Notes under the pieces: model-generated | What the model was told of the DNA's origin: nothing | The model's input: only the letters and a program-made list of their open reading frames with translations | Databases searched by the model: none | Position numbers and translations under genes: made by a program | Source: Octopus vulgaris | Taxonomy: Eukaryota | Direction: 5' to 3' | Assembly (NCBI GenBank): GCA_951406725.2 | Contig: OX597833.1 | Location: forward strand, 22,754,001-22,818,000 | Length of the DNA: 64,000 nucleotides | Shown here: in pieces, positions 1 to 13,904 of the stretch | How the letters are laid out: every line of letters starts with the position of its first letter | Numbering within the stretch: position 1 is the first letter of the stretch

Positions 1-106
1 AAGGCATCCATCCCTTGTGTTATGATTGAGTCAGTTAAACCAAAAATCTTAAACTTTTATCTAAAGTACCAAGTATAACTAAAATCTGCGAAAAATAGAA
101 AAAAAT

Positions 107-829
107 GTGCCATCGTTTCACAGAAAGTGTAATGTGTTTAAAAACAATGCAATAAAAGATTTATTTGACATTTCCTGTTGCAAGTGCAGCTGTAGTAGAG
201 ACAAAAACGTACCCCGAAGAGAACAGGATGTTTTACAGGATCAACGGACAAATCGAAAAATGATCATTGGTGGAATAGATCAAGCAGTATCTAAACAGAA
301 CGTTCAGAGGTTGACTAGAAAGAACCGGCCAGATCACAGTCGCCCTTCTACGTCAGCAAAGGATTCTGAATTGATAGCATTTTCATCAAGCAGTGAATCT
401 GGAAATGGATCAGCAGGCAAAGATGAAGATTTTCCAATTCTATTTTCCATGAAACGAAAAGATGTCAGCAAAAACGTAAATTCAAAAACACCAATAAAAC
501 GAATGAAATTTCCAGAACTAGCTTTTGCCTGTGACTGCACAGTTGTGTCAGACCGTGGTGCTGTTCTTCTTAGAAGTTCGGTCATCAGTGACTTGACGGC
601 ATGTACATCTGGTGAATGTTCTTTCGTTATAGACAAATGGAATGTAAGGCGGGAACGATCCAGAAAACGTAAATCCCTGCAGCACGAAGGTAGGACACAT
701 AAACCATTGTCCGCCATTGATGGAAAGAGGGACACATCCCTCATAAGTGAACAAATGGGAAAAAAACATTTCGTAATAAAGAAAACAAGGTCGAAAGTCC
801 ATTTATTTCACATAATTTCCAAATTTTAA
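107..829 (+). mobile_element. Degraded DNA-transposon-derived ORF (putative DDE transposase N-terminal part, superfamily unassigned)
   Basis: Motifs LFDISCCKC..KVP..E..LQDQR..R.MIIGGID, ACD..VSDRGA, VIDK..VRRER and IDGKRDT resemble invertebrate transposon-derived proteins of the 'Cc8K15.2-like' type (recalled, not searched). The ORF decays after ~760. Confidence 0.5.
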
Positions 830-1149
830 GTGCGTTGTGGAGTCTAAAGATATAAATTTTAGAGTTTGAGATTTTAACACTCTTGCTTTTAAAGAATTTC
901 GCAAAAGAAAATTGATTCGTAACAATGAATGTAAAAAAAGGAACGGCAAACGTGTTACAAATTGATTTTTCGCTCATTATTCAAAATTTCAAGTAAACTG
1001 CGGAGGCTGAAGATGTAAATTTAAGAACTTCAGATTTTAACACAGTTGTTTTAAACGGATTTTGCAATAAAAAATAAACCTTCATCGCTCCACCCAAATG
1101 TGTATGTCACTTTAGAAAAATAATATAATATGGATGAATATGTGTGTGT

Positions 1150-2230
<1,081 letters not shown>

Positions 2231-2975
2231 TCTCAAAGTCCTTTATAAATTACTACCACACCTTGATATCGGTTTTTTCATCTTTGATAACCGGCTCTTC
2301 TTACTGGTCAGGTATTCATATTTGCAATCGTACTGATTTGACCGAAGAAGAAAAAACGAAAGACGATTTGTTTTCGTGAGATGCACGGAAATACTGGTGT
2401 CGGTAACCCAAAAAGTTTCGATTTTGGCGAAAATTTTCTAATCCGTATTCATTTCTTTATTTATTGGTGTCATTTTATGTTTGTAATTCACAGGATCAAT
2501 TGAAAGAATGTATAAGGTTAATCGCGGTCGTCTTACAAACCCAGTTCGCTACATTTTACCTTTACTTCTCGAGTTTCTCAATGAAAGGGCGTGTGATAAT
2601 GGTTTAATGTTCGGCTAGTGTTTTTCATTTTACTGGAAATTTGAGTTCAAGAAATTAGAGATAAACAAATATTAGTGCAAGTTTATCACTGCCCCGCACA
2701 TCCCTCTGTCACATAAATCGTTTGCTTATCTTCACGCTCGTTTTTCAATGCTAGCATGGGTTAGATGATTATTAACTTATTAAAGCATTGTTGTACAGAC
2801 TAACACTTATCTGTTTTCAAGTGAGGGATTTTTTTTATTCCACACGTCTTTGAAAATGCCAAACCAACGAACCTTCATGTTGCTTTTCTGACATCGGAGA
2901 AATATCAACTTTCCAGCTTGTAACTCAACGATTTTCGGAAAATCGCTGATGTAGAGAAACGCGCGTGCACACACG

Positions 2976-3054
<79 letters not shown>

Positions 3055-3204
3055 GCTTCGCTTTTTAAACTTTCCGTCTACCATATCCACTCACAAAACT
3101 TTGGTCGCCCCTGGTATACTGTACAAGTCACTTGCTCAAACTGCCACACAGTGGGATGGAACCTGAAACCATGTGGTTGGAAAATGAACTTCTTAACCAC
3201 AAGT

Positions 3205-3630
3205 ATTCCTCTACTTGTTTCAGTCATTTGACTGCGGCCATGCTGGAACACCTCTTTGGAGGGTTTTCAGTCGAACAAATTGACTCCAGGACTTATTTTT
3301 TAAAACCTTAGTACCTATTCTATCGGTCTATTTTGCCAAACTGCTAAGCTATTGGGATGTAAACACACCAGCACCGGTTGTCAAGCGGTGACGGAGAAAA
3401 AGATAGACACAAAGACACATACTCATAGATACAAACGCCTGTGGGCACGCACGCTCGCCCCCCGCCCACACGACTGGTTTCTTTCAGTTTCCGTCTATCA
3501 AATCCACTCACGAGGCTTTGCTCGGCCCGAGGCTATAATAGAAGACACTTACCGAAAGTACCACGCAGTGGGACCGAACCCAGAACCATGTTGTTGGGAA
3601 GCAAGCTTCCTACCATGCAGCCATGCTTGG
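3205..3630 (-). mobile_element. tRNA-derived SINE (degenerate)
   Basis: tacttgtttcagtcatttgactgcggccatgctgga... body recurs at ~4280-4480, 5230-5710, 9425-9590, 55290-55677 and 61760-62155. Confidence 0.7.
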
Positions 3631-4729
3631 AAGTCCAATTATTATCTTGTCTGAAGAACGTATGTACTCAAAGACAAAATTCAGAGTACGAAGGAAGGGA
3701 CTCGACCAATATATATATATATATGTGCGCGCGCGTGCGTGTGCGTGTGCGTGTGCGCGCGCGCGTGTGTGAGTGTGTGTGTGTGTGTATGCATATATGA
3801 ATGTATGTATGTATGCATGCCTGCATGTATGTATGTATAGGAAGACATCGACCAGCCGTTATCTGATTTAGTCTGAAAAATGCAACTTTCTCCAGCCAAA
3901 GCATGGAATGTTTATATGGTCATTTTATCCAATTGAAATGGTCGCCAAACCTGTCTCAAATCGCACCCTGCATACTAGAACCATCACCACTACCACCACC
4001 ATCTCCACAACCACCTTCACCTATACCCAAACCACCAACCCCAACCACCACCACCACCACCACCACCACCGCAAACTGCATCAACAGCAACAAAACCCTC
4101 CGATCCTCACCCACTGATTGCATTGCTTCCCTGAGTTGCAAACTTTTATCTTCATTGCTTTTCATTCACTATAGATACATCTGCCAAGTAGCAGTCACAT
4201 ACCTGGGTCCATCTAATCGACCATACCTCACCTATGACCCACTTTAACATAGCCACTTTTTGTGACTATTCTTTTATTCTTTTATTTGTTTCAGTCATTT
4301 GACTGCGGCCATGCTGGAGCACCGCCTTGAAGAGGCTTTTTTAAATTTAGTCTTTAAAAAGTCTAATACCTATTCTATCCGTCTCTTTTGCCGAACCATT
4401 AAATTATGGGGATGTAAACATACCAACACCGGTTGTCAAGCGGTGATGGGGACAAACACAAACGCAAAGACACATACTCGCGGTAGCAACTGCCTTGAAA
4501 ATCTTATCTTGTCGTTCATTGCTCGAAATAGGGAGTAAAATGACAGTCGACAACTGATGAAGGGTCGTCTTTTAAGCTACTTGTCTTGTTTTCCATTGTT
4601 TCTCTCGTTCTTTGCGCACTCAACGTTATTTTCGTATTTCATGTTGTTTACGTTTTGTGACGTCCTGTACCCATATATGCATACCTATATACATAAATGT
4701 GTATGTATGTACATATGTATGTGTATATA

Positions 4730-4778
<49 letters not shown>

Positions 4779-4785
<7 letters not shown>

Positions 4786-4994
4786 TAAATAAATGGAGTT
4801 TAACGCAGGTATAAATCATTTTTTGCTAAAATGTCTTATTGACGAGTTTCGTTTTTTAACTTTCCTGAAGAGAAGATTGCATTGTTTATACCATTTATTC
4901 TTTTGAATAATATCAGTGGAATTTTCGAAACATGTGTCGAAAGTAAAAATATTTGATTTATACCTGCGTTAAACTCCATTTATTTTTTCATATA
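4779..4994. mobile_element. Inverted-repeat-bounded element, probable Penelope-like pseudo-LTR remnant
   Basis: aataaatggagtttaacgcaggtataaatca (~4788-4818) is inverted at ~4953-4983 and encloses a hammerhead motif. Confidence 0.6.
4859..4944 (+). ncRNA. Type I hammerhead ribozyme motif
   Basis: Stem I ACUUUC/GAAAGU, core CUGAAGA (4865-4871), stem II GAAGAUU/AAUUUUC, GAAA (4927-4930), short stem III AC-AUGU-GU, cleavage triplet GUC (4936-4938). Confidence 0.8.
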
Positions 4995-5152
4995 TTATAC
5001 AAAAAATTCCACGTAAACACGAAGTTTCTACCTTTATAAACAAGGATTTACAACCTCTTTACTTGTGAGATTCTTGCTACCCTGGTAACTATTTATTTAT
5101 TTTTTCCGTGTTAATTGTTAACAGGGTAAAAATACACTCATCTATCTATCTA

Positions 5153-5229
<77 letters not shown>

Positions 5230-5742
5230 CGGGCTTCTTTTAGCTTCTGTCTACCAGATCCATTTTCAAGGCTTTAATCGTCCCGAGGCTACAGGTAGAA
5301 GACACTTGCCCAAGGTGCCACGCAGTGAGACTGAACCTGGAACCATGAAGTTCGAAAGCAACTTTCTTATCACACAGCTACACCTGCGCCTTTAGAAGTA
5401 TTTTTTCTTGTTTTAATCATTGGATTGTGGCCATGCTGAGGCACCACTTTCATGGGTTTAGTCGAACGAATCGACCAAGAAATTAATTTTACTTAAGACT
5501 GGTACTTATAATATCGGTCTCTGTTACCGAACCGGACGTAAACAAAATAACACCTGTTTTCAAGTTTCCATCTACCAAGTTCACTCACAATGCATTGGTC
5601 AGTTTGAAGTTATAGTAGAAAACACTTATCCAAGATGCCGACTAGTGGGACTGAACTCAAAACGACGTGGTTGCAAACCGATTCTTTTTAACCACACAGC
5701 TATGACTGCGCATATGGAAGAAAATAGACAAAAAGAAACGAA

Positions 5743-5787
<45 letters not shown>

Positions 5788-5947
5788 TGAGTGACAGACA
5801 GGCGGACAGTATAATAAAGAAAAACGCATGAGCGTGTGTGTCTATGAATTGACGTAGGCGTGGCCGAGTAATTATGAAATTTGTTCAGCAATTTTAAGGT
5901 TTTGTGTTTCATTCCTCTGCGCGACATCTTCGGTAAGTACTTTTAAC

Positions 5948-6271
5948 CGGGTATGAGACGTTTTGGCGCAGCCGATTTGACACAGACATTTTGGCGCCGC
6001 TTAGGTGGCGTCACTAATTTTCTACGCTGACTTCCCACTCTCTTCCTCTCTTTATGTGTGTGTGTGCAAATGTCCCTTTATGCATATGAGGAGAGGGAAA
6101 ATGTTTACGTCAATCTTGTTCAATCTATAGTATGTTAAAATGTAATGTTGCATGTGTGCAAAAGTATGTGTGTGTATGTTTGTTTGTCTCTGTAGCTAAA
6201 ATATGCTGAATGTCCGATAAGCCGTGCCAAATTGCCAGTGTCAAACAGCTGCGCCCAATAGTCTCATTCCG
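5948..6271. mobile_element. MITE-like element with imperfect ~35-bp TIRs
   Basis: cgggtatgagacgttttggcgcagccgatttgacac ... gtgtcaaacagctgcgcccaatagtctcattccg; appears to interrupt an older SINE. Confidence 0.5.
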
Positions 6272-7420
6272 TCTTTAGCCTAGACCTTGTGAAAGAAATT
6301 GGGTGGATGGTAAGTGTATAGAAACACATCGGATGGATTGCACCTGTCATTCAAATGTCCGGCCTTGTCATAGTGTCACGTTATTTCAGCACGAAAATGA
6401 TTTAAGGGTACACGTGCTTGAACGTAAACTCTTTAATTTAATCACTCATAAATTTAATGAATAGGCAATTTGGTTGGTTGAACAACAGATGGCTCATCGT
6501 CGGAACTGACGGAGAATCCATCTTATATCTGAGAAGAAAGGAGAGTAAGATAGTGGATCAGATAATAGTGATAGAGTCACAATGGATGTGCACGTGTTTG
6601 AGTGTGTGCTTTTGTTTGTTTGTGTATTTGTGTGTGTATGCGTGTGTGTGTGAGAGAGAGAGAGAGAAAGAGAGTTGGGAGAGAGGGATAAAGAGATGGG
6701 AAGAGAGAGATAGGGTGAATGAAGTAAAGTGATATGTGTGTGTATTTGAAGATTTGTAACAAAATGGGTGTAAAGAAATAGGTTAAGAGAAAGTGTGAGA
6801 TAAAAACCGTGAATGTTCATATGTTTGAGAAAGAGAGGAAGAGAGAGAGAGAGAGAGACCGAGAGAGAATAAAAATAAGGCTGAGAGAAAGAGTTGAAGG
6901 CAGATAGAGAAAGGGAAAGAAAGAGCAAGAAAGTAGAAAGTAAACGGAAAGCAAAGGTGGATGAAAGAGGAAGGGAGGATCAGAAATGTAGATGTCAAAC
7001 AAATTAGTCGAGCAAATATATAATCGCTGGACACAAACAATGAATTATGAGAATATCGGTTGGAAAATCGAACCAGCATTTTATGATCGACACCCTGGGA
7101 CATTTACCTGTTACACGAGAAATCCGATACCATTAATGCCTTCCAAGTCAACGTCACAGGGTTTACAGATCAATTTCATTGTTCTATCTGCGATATTTGT
7201 TTGGCAGGGCCGGATCAATTCAATAGTCTTTGTGTTTTAGACTCAGAAACTGATGGTGATATAGTTGTTCATATTCAATATTATTATTTTTTTGTCTTTG
7301 GTTAGTAAGTGTTATTTCCTATTTGCTTCTATATAGAAGTTAAAGGAAATGGCTACTTTGCCCCTTGAACAGTTTCAGTGTTCGAATCCACTAATTAGAA
7401 GTGAAGTACAACAAATATTC

Positions 7421-7631
7421 TTTTCTACTCAAGGCACAAGGTCCGAAATTTTTGAGGAGGGGGCCAATCGATTAAATCGCCCCCAGTACGCAACTGGTAC
7501 TTAATTTATCGACCCCGAAACAATGAAAGGCAAGTAGACCTCGGCCGAATTTGAACTCGGAACGTAAAGACAGACGAAATACCCTAAGCATTTCGCCCGG
7601 CGTGCTAACCTTTCTGCCAGCTCGCCGCCTT
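7421..7631 (-). mobile_element. SINE of the AAGGCGGCGAGCTGGCAGAA family
   Basis: Flanked by a 17-bp TSD, aagtacaacaaatattc (7404-7420, 7632-7648); many related copies in the window. Confidence 0.85.
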
Positions 7632-8396
7632 AAGTACAACAAATATTCAAAATTAAAAGCGAAATTAAAGGCGACGAGCGGGCAGAACTGAATCTTTTCG
7701 GGGTCAATAAAATAAGTACCAGTTGAACTCTCTAGAGTCGATTATTCCTCCACCAACAATAAAAAACAAACAAAAATACTGCTGACTTTGTGTCAACATT
7801 TGAAACCAATATTATGTAAAATTAATTGTCATCCTACAGTATCGACCCTGTTTACAACACACACACACGCACACGCACACACACACACGCACGCACACAC
7901 ACACACACACACGCACACACACACACACACATGCACGTGTGTATATGTGAAAATATTCATGCATATGTATGTATATATATATAAATGTATATGTGTGTGC
8001 GTACATAATTTCATACGCACTTACATATATATGTCTGTGTGTGTGCGCGTGTGTGAAGGCGTGTGGCCTACTGGTTAGGGGTGTGACGCTCTGGTCGTGA
8101 GATCATGGTTTCGATTCTCAGAACGGCTGCGCGTTGTGTTCTTCGGTAACACACTTCATTTTACTCAGCTTTAAATAGGTAACTTTGCGACGGAATGGTG
8201 TTCCCTTCATGAAGAATGTTGACCTGCTTGCTTAACCTGCGGGGGCATGACTGGGTGGTTAAAAAGCTTACTTTGCAGCCATGTAGTTTCGGGTTCAGTC
8301 TCGACTGCGAGCTACCTTGGGCTAGTGACTTTTACTCTAGCCCTTGCCGTAACTGAATTTGGTAGGCAGAAACGTTGTGGAGGCCCATCGTGTATA

Positions 8397-8615
8397 TACG
8401 AGTTCCTGCGAGAAAGTTCCTGGATTTGGGTAAAAGAAAATACAGAAGGGTCAATTAATTATGGTTTCATTCAACATATTCCCCTCCCAGATTCGCACAT
8501 GTATTGCAGCAGTCCTACAGTTTTTCTAAGCTCTGTAAAAGAACTAAGAAGGTTGGGCCACCAATCAGGGCTTTCACCATACTCTTAAAGCCAGTAACTT
8601 TTCAGCACCACCCCC
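8397..8615. mobile_element. Non-autonomous Tc1/mariner-like element
   Basis: Begins TA-cgag...aaagttcctggattt and ends aaagccagtaacttttcagcaccacccc (imperfect TIRs). Confidence 0.45.
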
Positions 8616-8825
8616 AGATCGAACCGTCTCAAGTGTAACTGTCGGAAATGGTCATGACTTCTGGTACTTGACTGAAGAAAGAAAGCCAAGAATGACCCGT
8701 CTTTTTTGCCTGTCCTTCTAATTGTTGTTTCTCTTGTCCGCCTTTGTGTCGTCTATCTCTCCCAACGTTTTAATGCCCTCTATTGCTTTTTTTGTTCCAT
8801 TTATATATTTATATGTACATATGTA

Positions 8826-8890
<65 letters not shown>

Positions 8891-8899
8891 ATATATGTA

Positions 8900-8948
<49 letters not shown>

Positions 8949-9205
8949 TATATATATATATATATATATTTATAAAGAATATGAGGGGCTTAGTTCGCTG
9001 GTGATCTAAACGAATAGTTATGCTGAGTAAGTGCTATAATTGGTCATCTGTTAGGTTCCAATTTCATGGCTGGAGCTACGGATCTGTATAAGGCTTCTCT
9101 GTTAGCAAGTATATATTATATTAGAGGAGAAAGGACAACAAAAACAAGGCAGGACAGGTATCTCAAGTCACTTAGAATATTCAATTAGGGTCAGGTGTTT
9201 TTGAA

Positions 9206-9281
9206 GTCTTACAGCTGTTTCTTGGATATCCCAAGAGATAGGCGAGCATGTCTGTACACTGGGTATTCTGTCATCAGAGAC
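9206..9281 (-). ncRNA. Type I hammerhead ribozyme motif (stem II base degenerate)
   Basis: Minus strand: GUCU-CUGAUGA-...auacccag...uugggauau...-GAAACAGCUGUA-AGAC; stem I GUCU/AGAC, palindromic stem III, GUA triplet. Confidence 0.65.
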
Positions 9282-9990
9282 AAAGTGAGTATGTATGGAA
9301 GATCTAGACAGGGAACAAAATAGAAGAATATAAGGAACAAAATAGAAGAATAAAGAGTAAAATAGTAGATTGAAGAATACAGACAGGAGAATAAAGTTCA
9401 CAGCTTTATTCACAGTATATATCTTTTATTTTTTATTTGTTTTAGTCATTAGACTACAGCCATGCTTTTGCACCGCCTTGAATTTTTAGTCGAATGTATC
9501 GACCCCAGTACTTATTTTTTAAGCCTGGTTCTCATTCGACCGGCCTTTTTTACCGAACCACTAAGTTATGGGGACTCAAACGCACCAACATACCAATAAT
9601 ATGGCAGATTTATATAACACGTCGTGTATCTTTTATCGAACTGTCTCAGACTTTAGCCTCCTCTCTGGTATTTTTCTACACCAGCTAGATTATGATTTCT
9701 ACAGACAAAAAGAGCAATGATCTTGGTTTTCTTTTCTTTGATCTCGTTCTACTTTTTGCATCAATCTTCGCGTTTTTCTTCTCTTATGTTTTTAAATACA
9801 TCTAACGATATGCCCTGAGCCGAAATGATTGCATGGCGATACATGGTATGTTATATAATTCTGCCGAATTATTGTATCTCTAAAACATGAATTATTAGTA
9901 GCTTTCAGTAAATTGTGTATATTAAATAAAACATATCATCCATATAACCACATACGTGCTTCTCTTGGCCTTTTCTCTCCTTTCTTTCTG

Positions 9991-10055
<65 letters not shown>

Positions 10056-10060
10056 TGTTC

Positions 10061-10283
10061 CTTCTCGAGCCATGCCTGGCTCATAAGGGCAGGTTTCCCG
10101 GTTTCCTTGGCGTATAGGTTCCCCACCTGGACGGGACGCCGGTCCGTCGCAGGTGAGCTGAAAGAGAGAAAGTTGTGGCGAAAGAGTCAGCAGAAGCTTA
10201 GGTGTTTCGGTCATAAACGCACACATTGCCCGGTCTGAGATTCGAACCCGCGATCCCTCGACCGTGAGTCTGCTGCTCTAACC
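10061..10283 (-). mobile_element. tRNA-head SINE inserted in (TA)n
   Basis: Minus strand A box TGGCCTAGTGG and B box GGTTCGAATC (head extends to ~10300); (TA)n on both sides. Confidence 0.75.
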
Positions 10284-10304
10284 ACTAGGCCATGTGCCTC
10301 CGCG

Positions 10305-10422
<118 letters not shown>

Positions 10423-10896
10423 CGTATGTATGTATGTGTACGAGAGAAATATACGGTCAGTGTAAATAACCTAGAAAAAAACCCAGAAGTAATGTAATAA
10501 AATTTCTAGTTTTGGTCCTACTTTATGTCCCCCGAAACGTTGGTCGATTGTGTCTAACACAAAAATATATAAATAAATAAAATAAATAAGACAAATAAAA
10601 GCAATTTTCATAAGCTAAAAAGTGAACGCAATTTGGGTTGGTGTTCCAGTTGAAACAGTGTTTACCATTACGCAATACGTTTCACAAATATTTTATTGCA
10701 CTGAAAATCTCTCCTAGGAATCGATAAAATAAACACACACACCGATACTAGACTGTGGTCAACTGAACAATAGTCGCCCTCATTTGTTAAATATAACTTT
10801 GTAACTGGTGTTGTATAAAATTAAAACAATATTTAAATTTCGGCAATTATAGTTTGCTGAAGTCAGAATAAGGTCTACACATAAGGTTTACGTCCT

Positions 10897-11278
10897 GGAG
10901 GCGCAATGGCCCAATGGTTAGGGCAGCGGACTCGCGGTCGTAGGATCGCGGTTTCGATTCCCAGACCGGGCGTTGTGAGTGTTTATTGAGCGAAAACATC
11001 TAGAGCTCCACGAGGCTCCGGCAGGGATGGTGGTGATCCCTGCTGTACTCTTTCACCACAACTTTCTCTCACTCTTACTTCCTGTTTCTGTTGTACCTGT
11101 ATTTCAAAGGGCCGGCCTTGTCACTCTCTGTGTCACGCTGAATATCCCCGAGAACTACGTTAAGGGTACACGTGTCTGTGGAGTGCTCAGCCACTTACAC
11201 GTTAATTTCACGAGCAGGCTGTTCCGTTGATTCGGATCAACCGGAACCCTCATCGTCGTAACCGACGGAGTGCTTCCA
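10897..11278 (+). mobile_element. tRNA-derived SINE, full length
   Basis: A box TGGCCCAATGG, B box GTTTCGATTCC; 12-bp direct repeat tacgtcctggag at 10889-10900 and 11279-11290 (TSD). Confidence 0.85.
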
Positions 11279-11454
11279 TACGTCCTGGAGAAATGAAAAT
11301 AATATGTTGACTTATATCCTTGCTTCTCTCTCTATATTTATGTTTTGTTAATTTTTTGAAACTTTTTGAAATAAATATAATAATGCTAAATTAATTATTG
11401 TTTTTCTTGAACATGGCGCCTTTTGAAATATGCTTGAACTATCCCATATTTCTA

Positions 11455-11782
11455 CGTCATGGCTCAGTAGTTAGAGCGTCGAGCTTACGGTCGTGAGGTT
11501 GTGAGTTAGATTCCCGGACCGGGCTGCGTGTTGTGTTCTTCAACAAGACACTTTATTTCACATTTCTCCAGTTAACTCAGCTGTAGAAAAGAGTTGCGCA
11601 TCACTGCTGCCAAGCATTATCGGCCTTTGCCTTTCTCTTGGATAACATCAGTGGTGTGGAGAGGGAAGGCTGGTATGCATGGGCGACTGCTGGCCTTCCA
11701 TAAACAACCTTGCCCGGACTTATGCCTCGGAGGGTAACTTTCTAGGTGCAATTCCATGGTCATTCCTGACCGAGGGGGGGGT
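11455..11782 (+). mobile_element. tRNA-derived SINE (different tail family)
   Basis: TGGCTCAGTAG A-box-like head; related copies on the - strand at ~53240-53545 and ~59745-60045. Confidence 0.7.
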
Positions 11783-11991
11783 CTCCGCTTCCAGTTTACA
11801 ACCTCACTATTTCTTTAGTGATTCTTTTGCACTATTTTCATAAGAACGATAAAGTCTATGGTTCATTGATGGGCTCAGAATAATGCCGAAATACATCAAC
11901 GGTTGTTTTTTGTTATATATATATATATATATATATATATACAAACACATATATGCATGTATACATGTACATAACACATACATACATACAT

Positions 11992-12023
<32 letters not shown>

Positions 12024-12026
12024 CTA

Positions 12027-12087
<61 letters not shown>

Positions 12088-12311
12088 ATATTATTCCAAA
12101 CTTACAGGGAAAAATTCAATTTAGAAATACTAAATCAAATTTCACAAAGCATAATGTATATATATATATATATATATATATAAATTAGAAAAAACTCACC
12201 TTTTATCAATTCAACAATGAAAAAATTAAATTATACCATTTAGAAAAACATACATCTTAAAAACATATACCAATGATTAAGTAATGTGCAAAATAATAAA
12301 TAAAACGTGTG

Positions 12312-12343
<32 letters not shown>

Positions 12344-12441
12344 GTCAATCCAAACAAGAAAACACAAAAAAAGACAGCAACGCGAGGACGTGGAACAAAT
12401 AAAGTATTATTGGACGCTCAGGAAAGAAGGGAAGAAGGAGG

Positions 12442-12476
12442 GTTTAACGTTTCGAGCGGAGCTCTTCGTCGGAAAC
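12442..12476 (-). ncRNA. Minimal hammerhead-like motif with CCGACGA core (Penelope-type)
   Basis: Minus strand GUUU-CCGACGA-A-GAGC-UCC-GCUC-GAAACGUU-AAAC; loopless palindromic stem III. Confidence 0.5.
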
Positions 12477-12556
12477 AAAGGAGAAGGAAAGATCCCGAGA
12501 AGGGAAGACAGAGGAAAAAAATTGCTGGCGGTGCTCACGAGGTCACATGTTGAATG

Positions 12557-12856
12557 TGGAGGCGCAATGGCCTAGTGGTTAGGGCAGCGAACTCGCGGTT
12601 GTAAGATCGCGGTTTCGATTCCCAGATCGGGCGTTGTGAGTGTTTATTGAGCGAAAACACCTAAAGCTCCACGAGGCTCCGGCAGGGGGTGGTGGCGATC
12701 CCTGCTGTACTCTTTCGCCACAACTTTCTCTCACTCTTTCTTCTGTTGGCCTGCTCGCTTAGCCAGCGGGGTGGCGTCATTTGAAGGCTAAAACAATGCA
12801 AAGCGCATTGTGACCAGCGATGTGTAGCAACATCTGATAGCCTGGTCGGTCACGGT
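12557..12856 (+). mobile_element. tRNA-derived SINE sharing its head with the 10897 copy but with a different tail
   Basis: Near-identical first ~180 bp to 10897-11075, then an unrelated 3' part. Confidence 0.8.
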
Positions 12857-13061
12857 AATATATATATATTTATAATATCGCATATATTTTTCTATCTATT
12901 TGTGAAAAAAAGAAAACAGCAGACAAAGGCACTTCATCAATTAGGTCGTAGACGTTGACAAAGGAATTCTGACGAAACATTTGACTGATTGATAGATCAA
13001 GCGATTGATCAAAGTATTTTAAAATGTCCTGCTTAACTGATGTTTCTATTTTATTTTCCAG

Positions 13062-13343
13062 GGACTGGCATAGGAATGGCATTTATCACTGCCAACGTCA
13101 TCATTGTTCTTTATTTTACTTCCAAACGTGCTATTGCTGTTGGTATAGCAATGAGTGGTTCCGGTGTTGGAGTGTTTGTTTATTCGTTCGTTGTTGAAGC
13201 ATTATTACAGTATTACGGTTGGCAAGGCACGATATTGACTCTAGTCGGTATTATTCTTCACATTGTAATCTGCGGAGCTATGTTCCGACCTTTACAGTGG
13301 ATTCTCAATAAGAAATATTTTTCCGGCAGCTCACGGAATTCAG
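13062..13343 (+). CDS. SLC16/monocarboxylate-transporter-family gene, internal exon (TM4-TM6)
   Basis: ttccag| acceptor and G|gtaagt donor, phase 1-1; YFTSKRAIAVGIAMSGSGVG signature, YYGWQGT, CGAMFRPL. Confidence 0.92.
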
Positions 13344-13469
13344 GTAAGTTTATTATTATAATTATTTTATGTTTGACTTTTGCTTTACATTTGTACAAGT
13401 TGGCTCCAAGTCTCACCCAGAGACCTCAAGGGACCTCAAGGGACCTCAAGGGACAACAAGTTAGAAATT

Positions 13470-13860
13470 CATGTTGGTGTTATGCCTAGGGTGCCATATA
13501 TTTGGTTCTGTACATAGTGTTCTTCTAGAGAATGTTTAAGAAACCATAAGAAAATTATGTTTGTTTTAAAATTTGAGATTACATAGAAAGTATTTTGCGT
13601 AGGATATGGGCAGTTCCCATGAGCACTATCTTTTGAATAACTGCCATTTTGAGGTTTCCTGGTATCTGAGCTAGGTAGCAATCAGCCCCTTTTGCTATCA
13701 TTCCTCGGGCACCTATGACAACATGTATTGTTTTAGTCTTCAGTTTCCACATTTTGCTAATTTCTATCTCAAGATCTTTATACTTGCTCAGTTTTTGGTA
13801 GGTCTTGACAGATACGTTTATATCGATTGGGACAGTCATATCAATGAGGAGGCATGATTT
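13470..13860 (-). mobile_element. 3' fragment of an RLE-type non-LTR retrotransposon (R4/Dong-like)
   Basis: LLIDMTVPID...KLSKYKDLEIEISKMW...VVIGARG...IQKIVLMGTAHILRK, the typical restriction-like endonuclease C-terminus; lies next to (TTA)n tracts. Confidence 0.75.
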
Positions 13861-13904
13861 TTGTATGAAGTTTTACAATATGATATCTCAATGAGGAGGC
13901 ATGA

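Noticed and set aside
3903-4247. Pro/Thr/His-rich ORFs
   Set aside because: (CCA)n low complexity; no splice or homology support.
4540-4600. CTGATGA suggesting another hammerhead
   Set aside because: No downstream GAAA or stems that complete the fold.
10897-10975. tRNA gene candidates at SINE heads (also 12557, ~10300, 11455)
   Set aside because: A/B boxes run into repeat bodies, with a TSD in one case; no complete cloverleaf.
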